Source: Eubacteriales bacterium (GTDB lineage Bacteria; Bacillota; Clostridia; Oscillospirales; CAG-272). From it: a stretch of DNA of 64,000 bases. The notes under the pieces are model-generated. The model had not been told where the DNA came from and did no database searches. It saw only the letters and a list, made by a program, of their open reading frames with translations. The stretch is taken from positions 82,933 through 146,932 of the forward strand of contig JAXDZV010000030.1 in the NCBI GenBank assembly GCA_034086705.1. The letters run 5' to 3'. Positions 26,369-36,405 of the stretch are shown piece after piece (position 1 is the stretch's first letter; each line of letters begins with the position of its first letter). The position numbers were made by a program, and so were the translations under genes.

Positions 26369-28225
26369 ATGATGAAAAAAGAACAGCTATTGCGCCTGGT
26401 GCAAAAGCCAGGCAGATATACCGGTGGGGAATTTGGACAAACCGTCAAAAACAAAGCTGATGTGGCATGCCGCATTGCGTTCTGCTTTCCGGATACTTAT
26501 GAGATTGGTATGTCCAATCTGGGCGTGCGTATTCTGTACAGTGCGCTCAATACACAACCGGATGTTTGGTGTGAACGTGCATACGCCCCTTGGACGGATA
26601 TGGAATCGCTGATGCGGCAGCACCATGTGCCCTTATGGGCACATGAAAGCGGAGATCCGCTGCGCCAATTTGACTTTGTTGCGTTTACTCTACAATATGA
26701 GCTATGCTATACAAATGTACTGAACATGTTGGAGCTGGCAGGTATTCCGTTGCGTGCCGAAGATCGAGATGAAAATGACCCCATTATCCTCGGCGGCGGG
26801 CCATGTGCGTATAACCCGGAACCCGTTGCAGACTTTTTTGACATCTTCTCCATTGGAGAGGGTGAACAGGCCCTGGTGGAATTGGCGCGGCTTTATATCT
26901 CTATGCGGCAAACGGGCACATATTCCAAGAGAAACTTTTTGCGCCGCGCCGCGCAGTTGGATGGCTTTTATGTTCCCAGCTTATATACCGTCAGCTATCA
27001 TCCAGACGGAACCATTGCCGCCTTTACGCCAAAATACGACGATGTGCCGCATACCATCCGCAAACGGATCGTTACAAATATGGACCAAGCACATTTTCCG
27101 CAAAGTTATGTCATGCCGTATATTGAGACGGTACATGACCGTATCATGCTGGAAGTTGCCCGCGGGTGTCCGCGCGGGTGCCGCTTTTGCCAGGCTGGTA
27201 TGATTTTTCGTCCCGTTCGCGAAAAATCGCCTCAAGTTCTCTGCGATCAAGCAATCTGTCAATTTCAACATACCGGCTTTGATGAAATATCTCTTTCTTC
27301 TCTATCGATCAGCGATTACTCACAGCTAACTGTATTAACCGACGCTCTACTCGATTGGACGAATGACCGAAAAGTCAGTCTTTCATTACCCTCTTTGCGC
27401 GCAGATAGCTTTACGGATGAACTGATGCACAAGGTCAGCAGTGTGCGAACCTCCACACTGACCTTTGCACCGGAAGCCGGTACACAGCGGCTACGTGACG
27501 TTATCAACAAAAATGTAACCGAACAGGAAATATTAGATGCCTGTGCCATTGCCTTCCGTGGCGGTAAAACACAGGTGAAACTGTATTTTATGATTGGACA
27601 CCCGACAGAACGTGATGAGGATCTTGCCGGTATCGCCTCGTTGTGTCAGGCAGTAATTTCTTCCTTTTACCGTTTACCTGATCGGCCGAAAGGACGTGGG
27701 CCGAGCGTGACCATGAGTGTTGCTTCATTTATTCCCAAGCCCTTTACCCCCTTTCAATGGGAACCGCAGGATACGCTGCAAACGACCTTGGAAAAGCAAC
27801 AACAAATCGGTACAATGCTCACTGACCGCCGTATTCGCTATCATTATCACGATGCAAAAGTCAGTCGTTTGGAGGCTGTTTTCGCTCGTGGCGATAGGCA
27901 GCTGGCAAAGGCGCTCTTAGAAGCACGACGACGCGGTGTCTGTTTTGACAGTTGGACGGAACATTTTGACTACGACCGTTGGTGCGATATTTTCGACACA
28001 GTTGGATTGTCGATGGATTTTTATACAACACGCGGCTTTGCGGAGGATGAAATTTTGCCTTGGGATATGATTGATATTGGGGTCAGCAAATCGTTTTTAC
28101 TACGCGAAAAACACCGTGCATATGCGGGAAAAACCACGCCCAACTGCATGGAGCAATGCAGCGGCTGCGGGGCGGATTGTCTGGGAGGTGAGAAAACATG
28201 GTGCAAGGGCAAACTGAAACGGTAA
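26369..28225 (+). CDS. B12-binding-domain radical SAM protein (TIGR03960-like)
   Basis: 618 aa with the radical SAM cluster motif CPRGCRFCQAG. The N-terminal region FCFPDTYEIGMSNLG is typical of this conserved family. Confidence 0.8.
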   Translation: MMKKEQLLRLVQKPGRYTGGEFGQTVKNKADVACRIAFCFPDTYEIGMSNLGVRILYSALNTQPDVWCERAYAPWTDMESLMRQHHVPLWAHESGDPLRQFDFVAFTLQYELCYTNVLNMLELAGIPLRAEDRDENDPIILGGGPCAYNPEPVADFFDIFSIGEGEQALVELARLYISMRQTGTYSKRNFLRRAAQLDGFYVPSLYTVSYHPDGTIAAFTPKYDDVPHTIRKRIVTNMDQAHFPQSYVMPYIETVHDRIMLEVARGCPRGCRFCQAGMIFRPVREKSPQVLCDQAICQFQHTGFDEISLSSLSISDYSQLTVLTDALLDWTNDRKVSLSLPSLRADSFTDELMHKVSSVRTSTLTFAPEAGTQRLRDVINKNVTEQEILDACAIAFRGGKTQVKLYFMIGHPTERDEDLAGIASLCQAVISSFYRLPDRPKGRGPSVTMSVASFIPKPFTPFQWEPQDTLQTTLEKQQQIGTMLTDRRIRYHYHDAKVSRLEAVFARGDRQLAKALLEARRRGVCFDSWTEHFDYDRWCDIFDTVGLSMDFYTTRGFAEDEILPWDMIDIGVSKSFLLREKHRAYAGKTTPNCMEQCSGCGADCLGGEKTWCKGKLKR

Positions 28226-28905
28226 ACGGCACTGCTGCAACACTGCGTTTCCGCCTGCGCAAGACAGGCATGCTGCGTTTTATTTCCCATTTAGATTTTT
28301 TGCGCACCATGGAACACGCAGTTGTGCGAGCCGGACTGCCCGTGCGATATTCTGAGGGGTTCAATCCGCATGTAAAGCTCTCCTTCGGTATGCCGCTCTC
28401 TGTCGGTGCAGAAAGCGTTGCTGAGTACATGGATGTTCAGCTTCTACGCCCAATGGACACTGCACAGGCTATGGCATGTATGAATGCACAATTGCCGGAC
28501 GGGCTGCAAATTCTTGCAGCCGCACCGCCGGTGCACCGTTTTTCAGAAATATCCTGTGCAGAATACCTACTCCGGCTTTCTTATCCGGGGGCCAATGCGG
28601 CAGATGCAGCACGCATACAAACTCTGTGGAGCGGCCCGCTAACCGTGCTAAAACGCACAAAAAAAGGAGAAATGCAAGTTGACATTTCTCCTCTGATCCG
28701 TAAGGTACATCTTGTTGCAAGGCAAGAAGCGTTGGAAGCCACTGTGCTCCTGAGCGCAGCAAGTGACTCTTATCTCAATCCGGAATATTTGCTGCGTGCA
28801 GCTACGCAGGCACTTTCTATCCCAATGGAGGATCCGACACAAACGGACATATACGTGCTGCGACGTGCTGTGTTTTTGGCAGACGGTGTCACACCGTTTT
28901 CTTGA
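28198..28905 (+). CDS. radical-SAM-associated protein (DUF2344/TIGR03936-like)
   Basis: 235 aa, overlapping the end of the upstream radical SAM gene. FISHLDFLRTMEHAVVRAGLPVRYSEGFNPH is the family hallmark. Confidence 0.75.
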   Translation: MVQGQTETVNGTAATLRFRLRKTGMLRFISHLDFLRTMEHAVVRAGLPVRYSEGFNPHVKLSFGMPLSVGAESVAEYMDVQLLRPMDTAQAMACMNAQLPDGLQILAAAPPVHRFSEISCAEYLLRLSYPGANAADAARIQTLWSGPLTVLKRTKKGEMQVDISPLIRKVHLVARQEALEATVLLSAASDSYLNPEYLLRAATQALSIPMEDPTQTDIYVLRRAVFLADGVTPFS

Positions 28906-29001
28906 TTTTTGTGAGTGCCCTTTTTCGTTGCCCGCCTGTAGTTGTTTACATATGCCGCAGCGCATAATCGCTGCAAGCATAGCGGCATATAGAATGATTT
29001 C

Positions 29002-29050
29002 AAAAGCCCGGCTTTCCCATGTACCGTATCGTTGGGAAAGCCGGGTTTTC
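29002..29050. terminator. bidirectional intrinsic terminator
   Basis: AAAAGCCCGGCTTTCCCA ... TGGGAAAGCCGGGTTTT hairpin between convergent genes. Confidence 0.75.
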
Positions 29051-29118
29051 CATTGCGGCTATACAAACAAAGCACGAAAATTCATCATGCAAGTGCATCC
29101 GCCTCTTACTGGGGCTTT

Positions 29119-30810
29119 TTATTCACCGATAGCCTGCGCATAATATGCAGGCGTTGGATTACCGTGATAATTCGGCGCATATTCATCAAGATACTCGCGG
29201 AACTGATAAACATGCACATAGTCAATTACAAAAGTACTCTTGCCTTCTTCATCAAAATCCTCCCGGATACATTCCCCGTTATACTGCTTTTCGTTGGTTG
29301 TGTTCCAATAATACAAATTCAGCCGCAGCACTGCCTCCATATCGCTCAAAACAGCCCGCTCAAAATTCCCCATATAATTGCCGTCATAGTACACGGCGTA
29401 TCCATCTTTGTCCCATAAAAACCCAATTGTATGATAAGCACCGTCAAACAGGCTCCAATCTGGCAGATAGGTGCCTGCATTCGTCTTCACGCCTTCATTT
29501 TCCCGCTCTACCAATGCATATTGATGCGCAAATCTTCCCTGGTCTCCATCAGTATTCCAATGGTTCCAGTGCAATGTTGTAGTCAGCTTATCCGTCTTTG
29601 CTCCGATTCCCTGTGGGCTGCGGGTAGTTTCAAAAATATCCATTTCCACAAAGTTTTCATAGGGATCGCTTGTAGGTGGATTATTATAATCCACACCGGG
29701 GCCTTCCCAGGTGGGATACGGCTGTGCGCCGCCATTGGTGGTCAGCCACCATGCGGAACAAATAGCACGCGCCTGCGCAGGCTTAAAGCGAATTTCATAA
29801 TATCCAAACGCTTGTGAAAATTGCGTTGGCAAATCATGGCCGGAAATCAGGCCGCAAATACCGTTATCATCCGTATTATGATCTGCGGGATAGTATGCCG
29901 TCATATACAGCGCTCCGTCTTCGGTATACATTCTTTCGCTGGAATAATTGATATCTACATCCTGCCCCTTCGCCGGATTGTATACCGTTACAGATGCATC
30001 TTTGGCCGGCAAAAATGGTGCATCTGAACTGTCGGCTGGCAGCCAAAAGTTGTGATTCCACCCATCTTTCCCCGCTCCGTCAAAATCCTCCAACATCGTC
30101 GGCACTAAATCTATGTCCCCCAAAAAACATTGGTAGGTTCTGCCGTAATATCTGTAAAAACGTTGAATTAGGGCAGCTGCTTCCGCGCGGGTGGAAGCAC
30201 CTGCAGGATCAAATTTGCCACCGCTCTTGCCGTACAACAGTTCTGCGCCGACAACTGCCGCTACAGCCTCTTTTGCCCACGGTGCAATGCTGTCTCGGTC
30301 AACAAATTGGTCCAAAATAGATAAATCCACCGGCAACTCTATACCAAAGTAGTTCTCTATCAGACTGCGGTACAGCACAGCCATCTGCTGCCGTGTGATA
30401 TTCTCCATCGGGGCAAAACGACCGCCTCCCATTCCGCTGACAATGCCGTTTTCATAGGCAAAGGAAACAGCATCACAGAACCAGCTGCTTTGCTTTACAT
30501 CCGTAAAAGGCGCAATAGCGTCGTATGCAACATTTCTGCCGAGCCCTTTAGAAAGAAAATTGTAGCAAATTTGTGTAAACATAGCACGGTTCAATGTTGT
30601 CTGCGGTTCAAACTTGGTAGGGTCTCCGTTGTTCTTCATTATACCGCTGCGCACCGCCCATTCCACATCATCATAATACCATGCTTTTTTGGGTATGTCC
30701 GTAAAACGATCCATCGCCACCGTATTCGGCGCGGAAGACCAAGCTGCACATGGTAAAATTACGGCTGCCAGCAGCGCAAACAAAAGTGCAGTTGCAATAC
30801 TTTTTTTCAT
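29119..30810 (-). CDS. secreted SLH-domain glycoside hydrolase family 16 protein
   Basis: Start at the ATG at 30810 (RBS AAGGGAGA), giving the signal peptide MKKSIATALLFALLAAVILPCAAWS. SLH-like repeats follow (F.D....WYYDDVEWAVRSGIM; FTDV..SSWFCDAVSFAYENGIVSG; F.D.DSIAPWAKEAVAAVVGAELLYG). The C-terminal GH16 domain carries the catalytic ExDxxE as EMDIFE. Confidence 0.8.
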   Translation of the reverse strand: MKKSIATALLFALLAAVILPCAAWSSAPNTVAMDRFTDIPKKAWYYDDVEWAVRSGIMKNNGDPTKFEPQTTLNRAMFTQICYNFLSKGLGRNVAYDAIAPFTDVKQSSWFCDAVSFAYENGIVSGMGGGRFAPMENITRQQMAVLYRSLIENYFGIELPVDLSILDQFVDRDSIAPWAKEAVAAVVGAELLYGKSGGKFDPAGASTRAEAAALIQRFYRYYGRTYQCFLGDIDLVPTMLEDFDGAGKDGWNHNFWLPADSSDAPFLPAKDASVTVYNPAKGQDVDINYSSERMYTEDGALYMTAYYPADHNTDDNGICGLISGHDLPTQFSQAFGYYEIRFKPAQARAICSAWWLTTNGGAQPYPTWEGPGVDYNNPPTSDPYENFVEMDIFETTRSPQGIGAKTDKLTTTLHWNHWNTDGDQGRFAHQYALVERENEGVKTNAGTYLPDWSLFDGAYHTIGFLWDKDGYAVYYDGNYMGNFERAVLSDMEAVLRLNLYYWNTTNEKQYNGECIREDFDEEGKSTFVIDYVHVYQFREYLDEYAPNYHGNPTPAYYAQAIGE

Positions 30811-31220
30811 GTTAATCTCCCTTCCGGTCGCTGAAGCGTCCACACAAATAGAAATGAAAGAGTGGCGAACAACCGCAATTTTGGTTGTATCATGGTTTTG
30901 CGGAGAAAGACACCCTACAGGAGAAGTCATAGATGTACTCTTTCTGAAAACAGCACATGAATCCGTCTTCATACTCTTAGCTTCTTGCAGGGTGCTTTCA
31001 GATATCGATCGAACGGTCCGGCTCATCGTATTTTTCACGCCATTCTCCTTGCATGACAGAAGCACTCTTCCATCAGCAGCACTACATCCGCCGCCAAAAA
31101 CCACTTGCTCCGGTCACATTATAACATGCAGGATTTGGTTTGTCAACAATGCGCCCTTTTTTCTTGCATTTCCCAAGAAAATGTGTTAAAATGCCCAAAA
31201 CAAACAGTGTGAGGCTCTAT

Positions 31221-31964
31221 ATGCAAAACAAACTACCACAACCAAACGACACTTTTTATGATTTTCCCATGTATGCCTTCCCCTTTGAACAAACCACCGC
31301 GCAACTCATTTTACCGCAGACTGCGGCAAACGGAAGATGGTTGTTTAAAACAGAATATCTCGGTGCATTCCCGGCAGCGGAGCTTGCTCTGTTGCAAGAG
31401 GGCTTTTGTGTAGCTCATGTAGACAATGAAAGCCGCTGGGGACGTCGGCAAGATACAGAACGGCAAATTCGATTTGCGTCCTATATAACGAACGCCTTTG
31501 GGCTTGCCCCGCAGTGTGGGCTTGTCGGAATGTCTTGCGGAGGTATGCAGGCCATTCTACTCGCGGCGGCCGCACCGCAAGCGGTTAGCGCCATATATCT
31601 GGATGCACCTGTTGTAGACCTGTGCAGTTGTCCGATGGACTTTGCGCAGACACATCAGCGTGATCCGGAAATGATAGCGCAATGCCTGCAAGACCATGGA
31701 AAAACAGCAGCGCAAATGTTGAAATACCGCTCGCATCCATATGACTATTTGAAACAGCTTGCCGCATACGCAATCCCCACCTTGCTGGTTGCAGCTGACA
31801 GCGACAGTGTCGTTCCTTTTTCGGAAAACGGCGTCTATCTGCAACAGGCATACCATGCCGCAGGTACCCCGCTCCAGATCATTCTGAAGCCGGGCGCGGA
31901 TCATCATCCGCACGGCCTGCCGGATCCTACACCGATTATTTCTTTTTTGCGAGAATATGCATAA
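31221..31964 (+). CDS. alpha/beta hydrolase
   Basis: GxSxG nucleophile elbow GMSCGG, plus a later D and H (ADSDSVVP, GADHHPHG). Start at the ATG at 31221 after GAGG; the alternative ATG at 31191 is possible. Confidence 0.6.
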   Translation: MQNKLPQPNDTFYDFPMYAFPFEQTTAQLILPQTAANGRWLFKTEYLGAFPAAELALLQEGFCVAHVDNESRWGRRQDTERQIRFASYITNAFGLAPQCGLVGMSCGGMQAILLAAAAPQAVSAIYLDAPVVDLCSCPMDFAQTHQRDPEMIAQCLQDHGKTAAQMLKYRSHPYDYLKQLAAYAIPTLLVAADSDSVVPFSENGVYLQQAYHAAGTPLQIILKPGADHHPHGLPDPTPIISFLREYA

Positions 31965-32024
31965 AAAAACAAGTAGCGCGGAAATAACCCCGCGCCGCTT
32001 GCTTTTGCGCACAATGCGTGCAGT

Positions 32025-33239
32025 CTACTGCAACACAACTTTCTTGAAATTCTTCTTACCACGACGCAAAACAACACCCTCTTGCAGCGCCACGGATGAA
32101 AAAGACGCATGGATATCCGCAATTTTTTCTCCGTCCGCACTGACACCCCCCTGTTCCACCGCACGCCGTGCCTCCGAACGCGATGCACAAAGGCCCGCGG
32201 CACAAAGCAACGTCAAAATATCTGCCTGATTATTTGTAAGAATGTCCGTGCCAATAAAAATTTGGGGAGCATCTGCACCGCCACTGAAAACGGAACGTGC
32301 TGCCGCACGTGCCTGCTCTGCCTGTGCCGTTCCATGTACCAAAGCAGTAAGCTCATATGCCAGAATTTCTTTTTTCTCATTGATACGGGTGTCCGGCCAA
32401 TTTTCCATTTGTGCAATGTCCGAAAGCGGCAAAAACGTCAGCATGCGCAAGCATTTCATCACATCTGTATCTGCAACATTGCGCCAATACTGATAAAACT
32501 CAAACGGTGTGGTTTTTTTCGGGTCAAGCCATACCGCCCCCTTTTGCGTTTTGCCCATTTTTTTACCCTCTGAATTCAGCAGAAGCGTGATCGTCATCGC
32601 GTGTGCATCTTTGCCAAGCTTACGGCGTATGAGCTCCGTGCCGCCAAGCATATTGCTCCATTGATCGTCACCGCCAAATTGCAGATTACAGCCGTATTTT
32701 TCATACAGTTCCAGAAAATCATAGCTCTGCATCAGCATATAATTAAATTCCAAGAAAGACAGCCCTTTTTCCAAACGCTGTTTATAGCATTCCGCACGTA
32801 GCATCTGATTCACAGAGAAACATGCTCCCACTTCGCGTAAAAAGGCAACATAATTCAGCTGCATCAGCCAGTCTGCGTTGTTCACAAGCAACGCTTTTCC
32901 TTCGGAAAAATCAATAAATCTGCTCATCTGTTCCCTAAAGCAGGCAACGTTATGTGCAATGTTCTCAACCGTCAGCATAGAACGCATATCGGTCCGTCCG
33001 GAAGGATCTCCCACCATAGCGGTACCGCCGCCGAGCAAAGCAATCGGGCGGTTGCCCGCCATTTGTAGCCGCTTCATCAGGCAAAGTGCCATAAAATGTC
33101 CAACATGCAGACTGTCTGCCGTCGGGTCAAATCCGATATAAAACACCGCACGCCCCGTATTGATCAATTCTGCAACTTTTTCTTCATTGGTAACTTGCGC
33201 AATCAAGCCGCGCGCTTTCAGCTCTTCGTATACTGTCAT
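32025..33239 (-). CDS. tyrS: tyrosine--tRNA ligase
   Basis: 404 aa from the ATG at 33239 (RBS AGGAAGGAA). It has a HIGH-type motif (DSLHVGH), KMGKT (KMSKS variant) and a C-terminal S4-like domain. The upstream part of the track ORF is the T-box leader. Confidence 0.95.
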   Translation of the reverse strand: MTVYEELKARGLIAQVTNEEKVAELINTGRAVFYIGFDPTADSLHVGHFMALCLMKRLQMAGNRPIALLGGGTAMVGDPSGRTDMRSMLTVENIAHNVACFREQMSRFIDFSEGKALLVNNADWLMQLNYVAFLREVGACFSVNQMLRAECYKQRLEKGLSFLEFNYMLMQSYDFLELYEKYGCNLQFGGDDQWSNMLGGTELIRRKLGKDAHAMTITLLLNSEGKKMGKTQKGAVWLDPKKTTPFEFYQYWRNVADTDVMKCLRMLTFLPLSDIAQMENWPDTRINEKKEILAYELTALVHGTAQAEQARAAARSVFSGGADAPQIFIGTDILTNNQADILTLLCAAGLCASRSEARRAVEQGGVSADGEKIADIHASFSSVALQEGVVLRRGKKNFKKVVLQ

Positions 33240-33290
33240 TGTTCCGTTCCTTCCTAACAAAACTTTTATTGAAGAATTTTTTCTCCCGAT

Positions 33291-33535
33291 AAAAAACGCC
33301 CTCTGCCACACGCAGAGGGCGTTACAAACGCGGTACCACCTCAGTTCGTGTTCGCCAACACGAACACCTCTTCTCCCGATATAACGGTCGAACCGGCGCA
33401 GCCTACACAAAAAACTTTTTCTCTTCGGTGCGCAGCTCCCACGGTGTATTTCCAAAGTGCTCTGCCTCCGCCTTGCATCTTCCGGCGTCTTTCTGCACAC
33501 ATAACAGCTTTGTACTTCTCCGCGATCTTTGCTTT
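33291..33535 (-). promoter_or_regulatory. T-box leader 4 (specifier UAC, Tyr) with terminator
   Basis: Read on the minus strand: GGTGGTACCGCG (33329-33340), the terminator AACGCCCTCTGCGTGTGGCAGAGGGCGTTTTTT (33291-33323), and the specifier context GGAAA-UAC-A (UAC = 33446-33448). Confidence 0.9.
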
Positions 33536-33540
33536 TTTAC

Positions 33541-33569
33541 AGTATAACAAATTTCGCCATGCTTGTCAA
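33541..33569 (-). promoter_or_regulatory. sigma-70-type promoter of the tyrS leader
   Basis: On the minus strand: TTGACA (33569-33564), a 17-nt spacer, then TATACT (33546-33541). Confidence 0.6.
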
Positions 33570-33746
33570 GAGGCGGATATATTCCAAAGCCCTCTAAATG
33601 CAGGGCAACAACAGATTGTTGTACTTGCGGCAAAAAAACAGGGGCAACAATCAAAACGATAGTTGACATTTGTTCACTTTTATGATATACTGTCTACACA
33701 CATTGGAAACATGTGTGTAATCATCAATTTTTGGAGGATTTGTTTT

Positions 33747-34103
33747 ATGGAACAAAACAATGGAAAAGGCATGTCCATTGCCGCACTCATTCTCGGTATT
33801 GCCGCCTGCGTTCTGGCATGGGTTTACATGTGGAACATCGCTGCAATCGTCTGCGGTATTGTTGGCTTAGTTCTTGCTGTTCTTGGCAGAAAGAATGCAG
33901 CTGCTGCGAACGCATCAAAGGGCCTGGGAACAGCGGGTCTGGTTCTCTCCATCATCGGCTTAGTTCTTGCTGTTATCGGTTTCTTTACCTGCACCCTGTG
34001 CATTGCCTGCGCAAGCTCCGCTGTGAATGATTTGTCAGGATCCGATTTAGAGGGCTTAGAGGGCGCGCTGCAGGGCGCACTCGATAGTGCCTTCGGTAAT
34101 TAA
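33747..34103 (+). CDS. small integral membrane protein (DUF4190-like)
   Basis: 118 aa from the ATG at 33747 (RBS GGAGG). It has three or four hydrophobic helices, and the G/A/I/L-rich repeats IIGLVLAVIG and IVGLVLAVLG. Confidence 0.6.
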   Translation: MEQNNGKGMSIAALILGIAACVLAWVYMWNIAAIVCGIVGLVLAVLGRKNAAAANASKGLGTAGLVLSIIGLVLAVIGFFTCTLCIACASSAVNDLSGSDLEGLEGALQGALDSAFGN

Positions 34104-34141
34104 GCACGTATTTTTGCGACAAAACAATTCCTAATGATACA

Positions 34142-34178
34142 AAAAGCGGTATTTGCATAGGTCAAGTACCGCTTTTTT
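34142..34178 (+). terminator. intrinsic terminator
   Basis: AAAAGCGGTA ... TACCGCTTTTTT hairpin followed by a T-run. Confidence 0.7.
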
Positions 34179-34190
34179 CATGGAGGTCAT

Positions 34191-34991
34191 ATGCTGCCCG
34201 ATTTTGAGCTATTCGGTAAAACAATCGGTACCTACGGTCTATGCAGTATCATTGGTATCGTACTGTGCGTATGCGTTGCCACATACGCCGGCAAACGATA
34301 TCGTCTCAGCTTTGACGATATTCTGCTCCTTACTCTTTCTATCTGCGGCGGCCTTTTGCTCGGCGGGCACCTGCTGTATGCACTAACACAGCAGGAACAG
34401 CTGCGCACTGTTGTGCAAGCCATTGGAAAAGCCCCATTTCAGGCGATTCTGCGCACCCTGGCAAGCTGCTTTGGCGGTATGGTATTTTACGGTGGTTTTC
34501 TCGGCGGCATTGCGGGTGCGTGGCTTTTCGGCAAATACTATCGCCCGCTCACATCTGCCATCGCCCTCGATCTGTATGCGCTTGTCATACCGCTTTTTCA
34601 TGCATTCGGACGTATCGGCTGTTTTTTGGGAGGATGCTGCTACGGCAAACCCTGGCAAAGCGGTGTACAATTTCCATACAACCCCCTGGTGCCACAACTT
34701 TCTGAGGTGCCGCGTTTTCCCGTACAGCTGGTGGAAGCGGGTTGTAACCTTGTCATTTTCGGTGTTTTATTGCTGCTGTGGTCTCGCCGCAAAACGCAAG
34801 AGAAACTGCTGTTTGTGTATATGCTTATTTATCCACCTGTGCGTTTCACGCTGGAATTCTTTCGCGGCGACTCCGTGCGCGGTTTCCTTTGGGGCCTTTC
34901 AACCTCCCAATGGATTAGCATTATCCTATTTTGCATTGCTTTACTGTATTATATGTTGCGCAACATCCGGCGCAAACAGCGTACTTCCTAA
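34191..34991 (+). CDS. lgt: prolipoprotein diacylglyceryl transferase
   Basis: 266 aa polytopic membrane protein with GRIGCFLGGCCYG and the FPVQLVEA motif. Confidence 0.9.
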   Translation: MLPDFELFGKTIGTYGLCSIIGIVLCVCVATYAGKRYRLSFDDILLLTLSICGGLLLGGHLLYALTQQEQLRTVVQAIGKAPFQAILRTLASCFGGMVFYGGFLGGIAGAWLFGKYYRPLTSAIALDLYALVIPLFHAFGRIGCFLGGCCYGKPWQSGVQFPYNPLVPQLSEVPRFPVQLVEAGCNLVIFGVLLLLWSRRKTQEKLLFVYMLIYPPVRFTLEFFRGDSVRGFLWGLSTSQWISIILFCIALLYYMLRNIRRKQRTS

Positions 34992-34999
34992 AAAAGTCG

Positions 35000-35035
35000 G
35001 ACCGTACAGCTCTTTGAGACTGTACGGTCTTTTTG
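35000..35035. terminator. bidirectional intrinsic terminator
   Basis: GACCGTACAG-ctctttgaga-CTGTACGGTC with AAAAAG on the 5' side and TTTTTG on the 3' side, between convergent genes. Confidence 0.75.
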
Positions 35036-35043
35036 CACAATAG

Positions 35044-36162
35044 CTAAGTGCGAAAGAAAGCAATGTTCGCTTGCTCCAGATTGAAAGAATCCAACACAGA
35101 ACGGTTTTCCCGAATTTGCGAGATGATCTGTGCTGTATATGCAGCAAAATCGTCGCTCTGCAAATACTCGATAAATCGATTTAGCATGGTGCAGTAAATA
35201 GAATCTTGCCAGGGCTTGTCAACCAGTTGACACTTTTGCAAGAAATGAACACCTGCGTCTGTCTCTACACGCACCGTATCACCAATCTCCGCCAATCCAA
35301 GTGCAGCGGATGTAAACGTTTTATCAAACCCAGAGAAGGAAGCTACCAGGTAGCCACTTTGATATGTCTTTGCCGTACTATCCTCGTTGTATTGCTCCAT
35401 CAATGCATCAAAATCCGCACCTTCTGCCAGCGCCTTTTCCACAACAGCTACCTTCTCTTCTTTTGCAGTCTGTTCTGCTTCGCTCAATGGCTCTGTCAGG
35501 GGTTTGCCCTGCTCATCAGTCAGTGCATATCCGTCAGAATCAATTATATTCTTGTAGTGGGTTCGAATTAAAAGATGTTTAACACACACATAATTGTTTT
35601 CATAAAACGTCTGATATGCTTCTTGCGAGATTTCACGCGCTCCGGAAATCCCCTGCGATGCGTCTCCGTACAGATACGTATATAACTGTGCGATTTTCTC
35701 TTCTGCAAGCAAGACCTTTTCGTATCGTTCTGTATTCAGCCCCATGATTGCCAGTTTCTCATTCAACGCCGCACGACCACCTGCCTGTGCCATTTCTGAG
35801 GATATTTTTTGTGAGACGGCCGTTGTTGCAGAAGAGGCAAGCTGCAAGTTGAACTGGTCATACAGATACAATGAAGCGACATTGTTTTTAATCATCGCAT
35901 CAATTCTTTCACGATACATATCACCAATTGTTTCTCCCTGCTTTGTGCCCGCCAGAGCAAAATACGCAACGCTGTCTTCCCCATCCAAACTGTTCAGCAA
36001 ATAGTTTTTATAGCTGGAATACCAATACGCATACATACTTTTTGTTACCTTTGCTCCGCCGAAAGACATTGCAATCGGATCCCCTGCGCCGCACCCCGTC
36101 GTCCCCCACAAAGCAAGCGCCGCCAAAAGCATGCAACAAACATATCGTACTCCTAATTTCAT
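35044..36162 (-). CDS. lipoprotein, PrsA/SurA-like foldase (parvulin-type PPIase family, tentative)
   Basis: Signal peptide plus lipobox (LALWGTTGC). The overall layout resembles PrsA-like chaperones and contains a VKHLLI segment. The family assignment is made by eye only. Confidence 0.5.
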   Translation of the reverse strand: MKLGVRYVCCMLLAALALWGTTGCGAGDPIAMSFGGAKVTKSMYAYWYSSYKNYLLNSLDGEDSVAYFALAGTKQGETIGDMYRERIDAMIKNNVASLYLYDQFNLQLASSATTAVSQKISSEMAQAGGRAALNEKLAIMGLNTERYEKVLLAEEKIAQLYTYLYGDASQGISGAREISQEAYQTFYENNYVCVKHLLIRTHYKNIIDSDGYALTDEQGKPLTEPLSEAEQTAKEEKVAVVEKALAEGADFDALMEQYNEDSTAKTYQSGYLVASFSGFDKTFTSAALGLAEIGDTVRVETDAGVHFLQKCQLVDKPWQDSIYCTMLNRFIEYLQSDDFAAYTAQIISQIRENRSVLDSFNLEQANIAFFRT

Positions 36163-36405
36163 ATATCTTCATTCTCCTTCGTTTTCTCTGTATTTTTAAG
36201 GGTTTTGGAATTTGGGGCTTTCGGTGTCTACTCCATTTTTACGCCATTGGCATATGGATCCGCAGTGAAAACCGGTGGGTTTTATTCTGCCCGGTCTTTT
36301 ATAAAAGTCAATGTTTTCAAGCGTCAGCGGCTTTCATCACAGAGGCGGAGATCCTTATGAAACCGGCTCGGATACGCCGATACCTCGTTTCATCATTCTC
36401 TTCTC

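Noticed and set aside
30811-31104. Upstream 98 codons of track ORF 29119..31104, and similar 5' extensions at 26169-26201, 44313-44462, 46585-46641, 52025-52132, 56933-57127, 40620-40832 and 22838-22957.
   Set aside because: Internal starts with proper SD sequences give canonical N-termini (signal peptide, MreB, WecB, Pth and so on). Several of the extensions also overlap the preceding gene.
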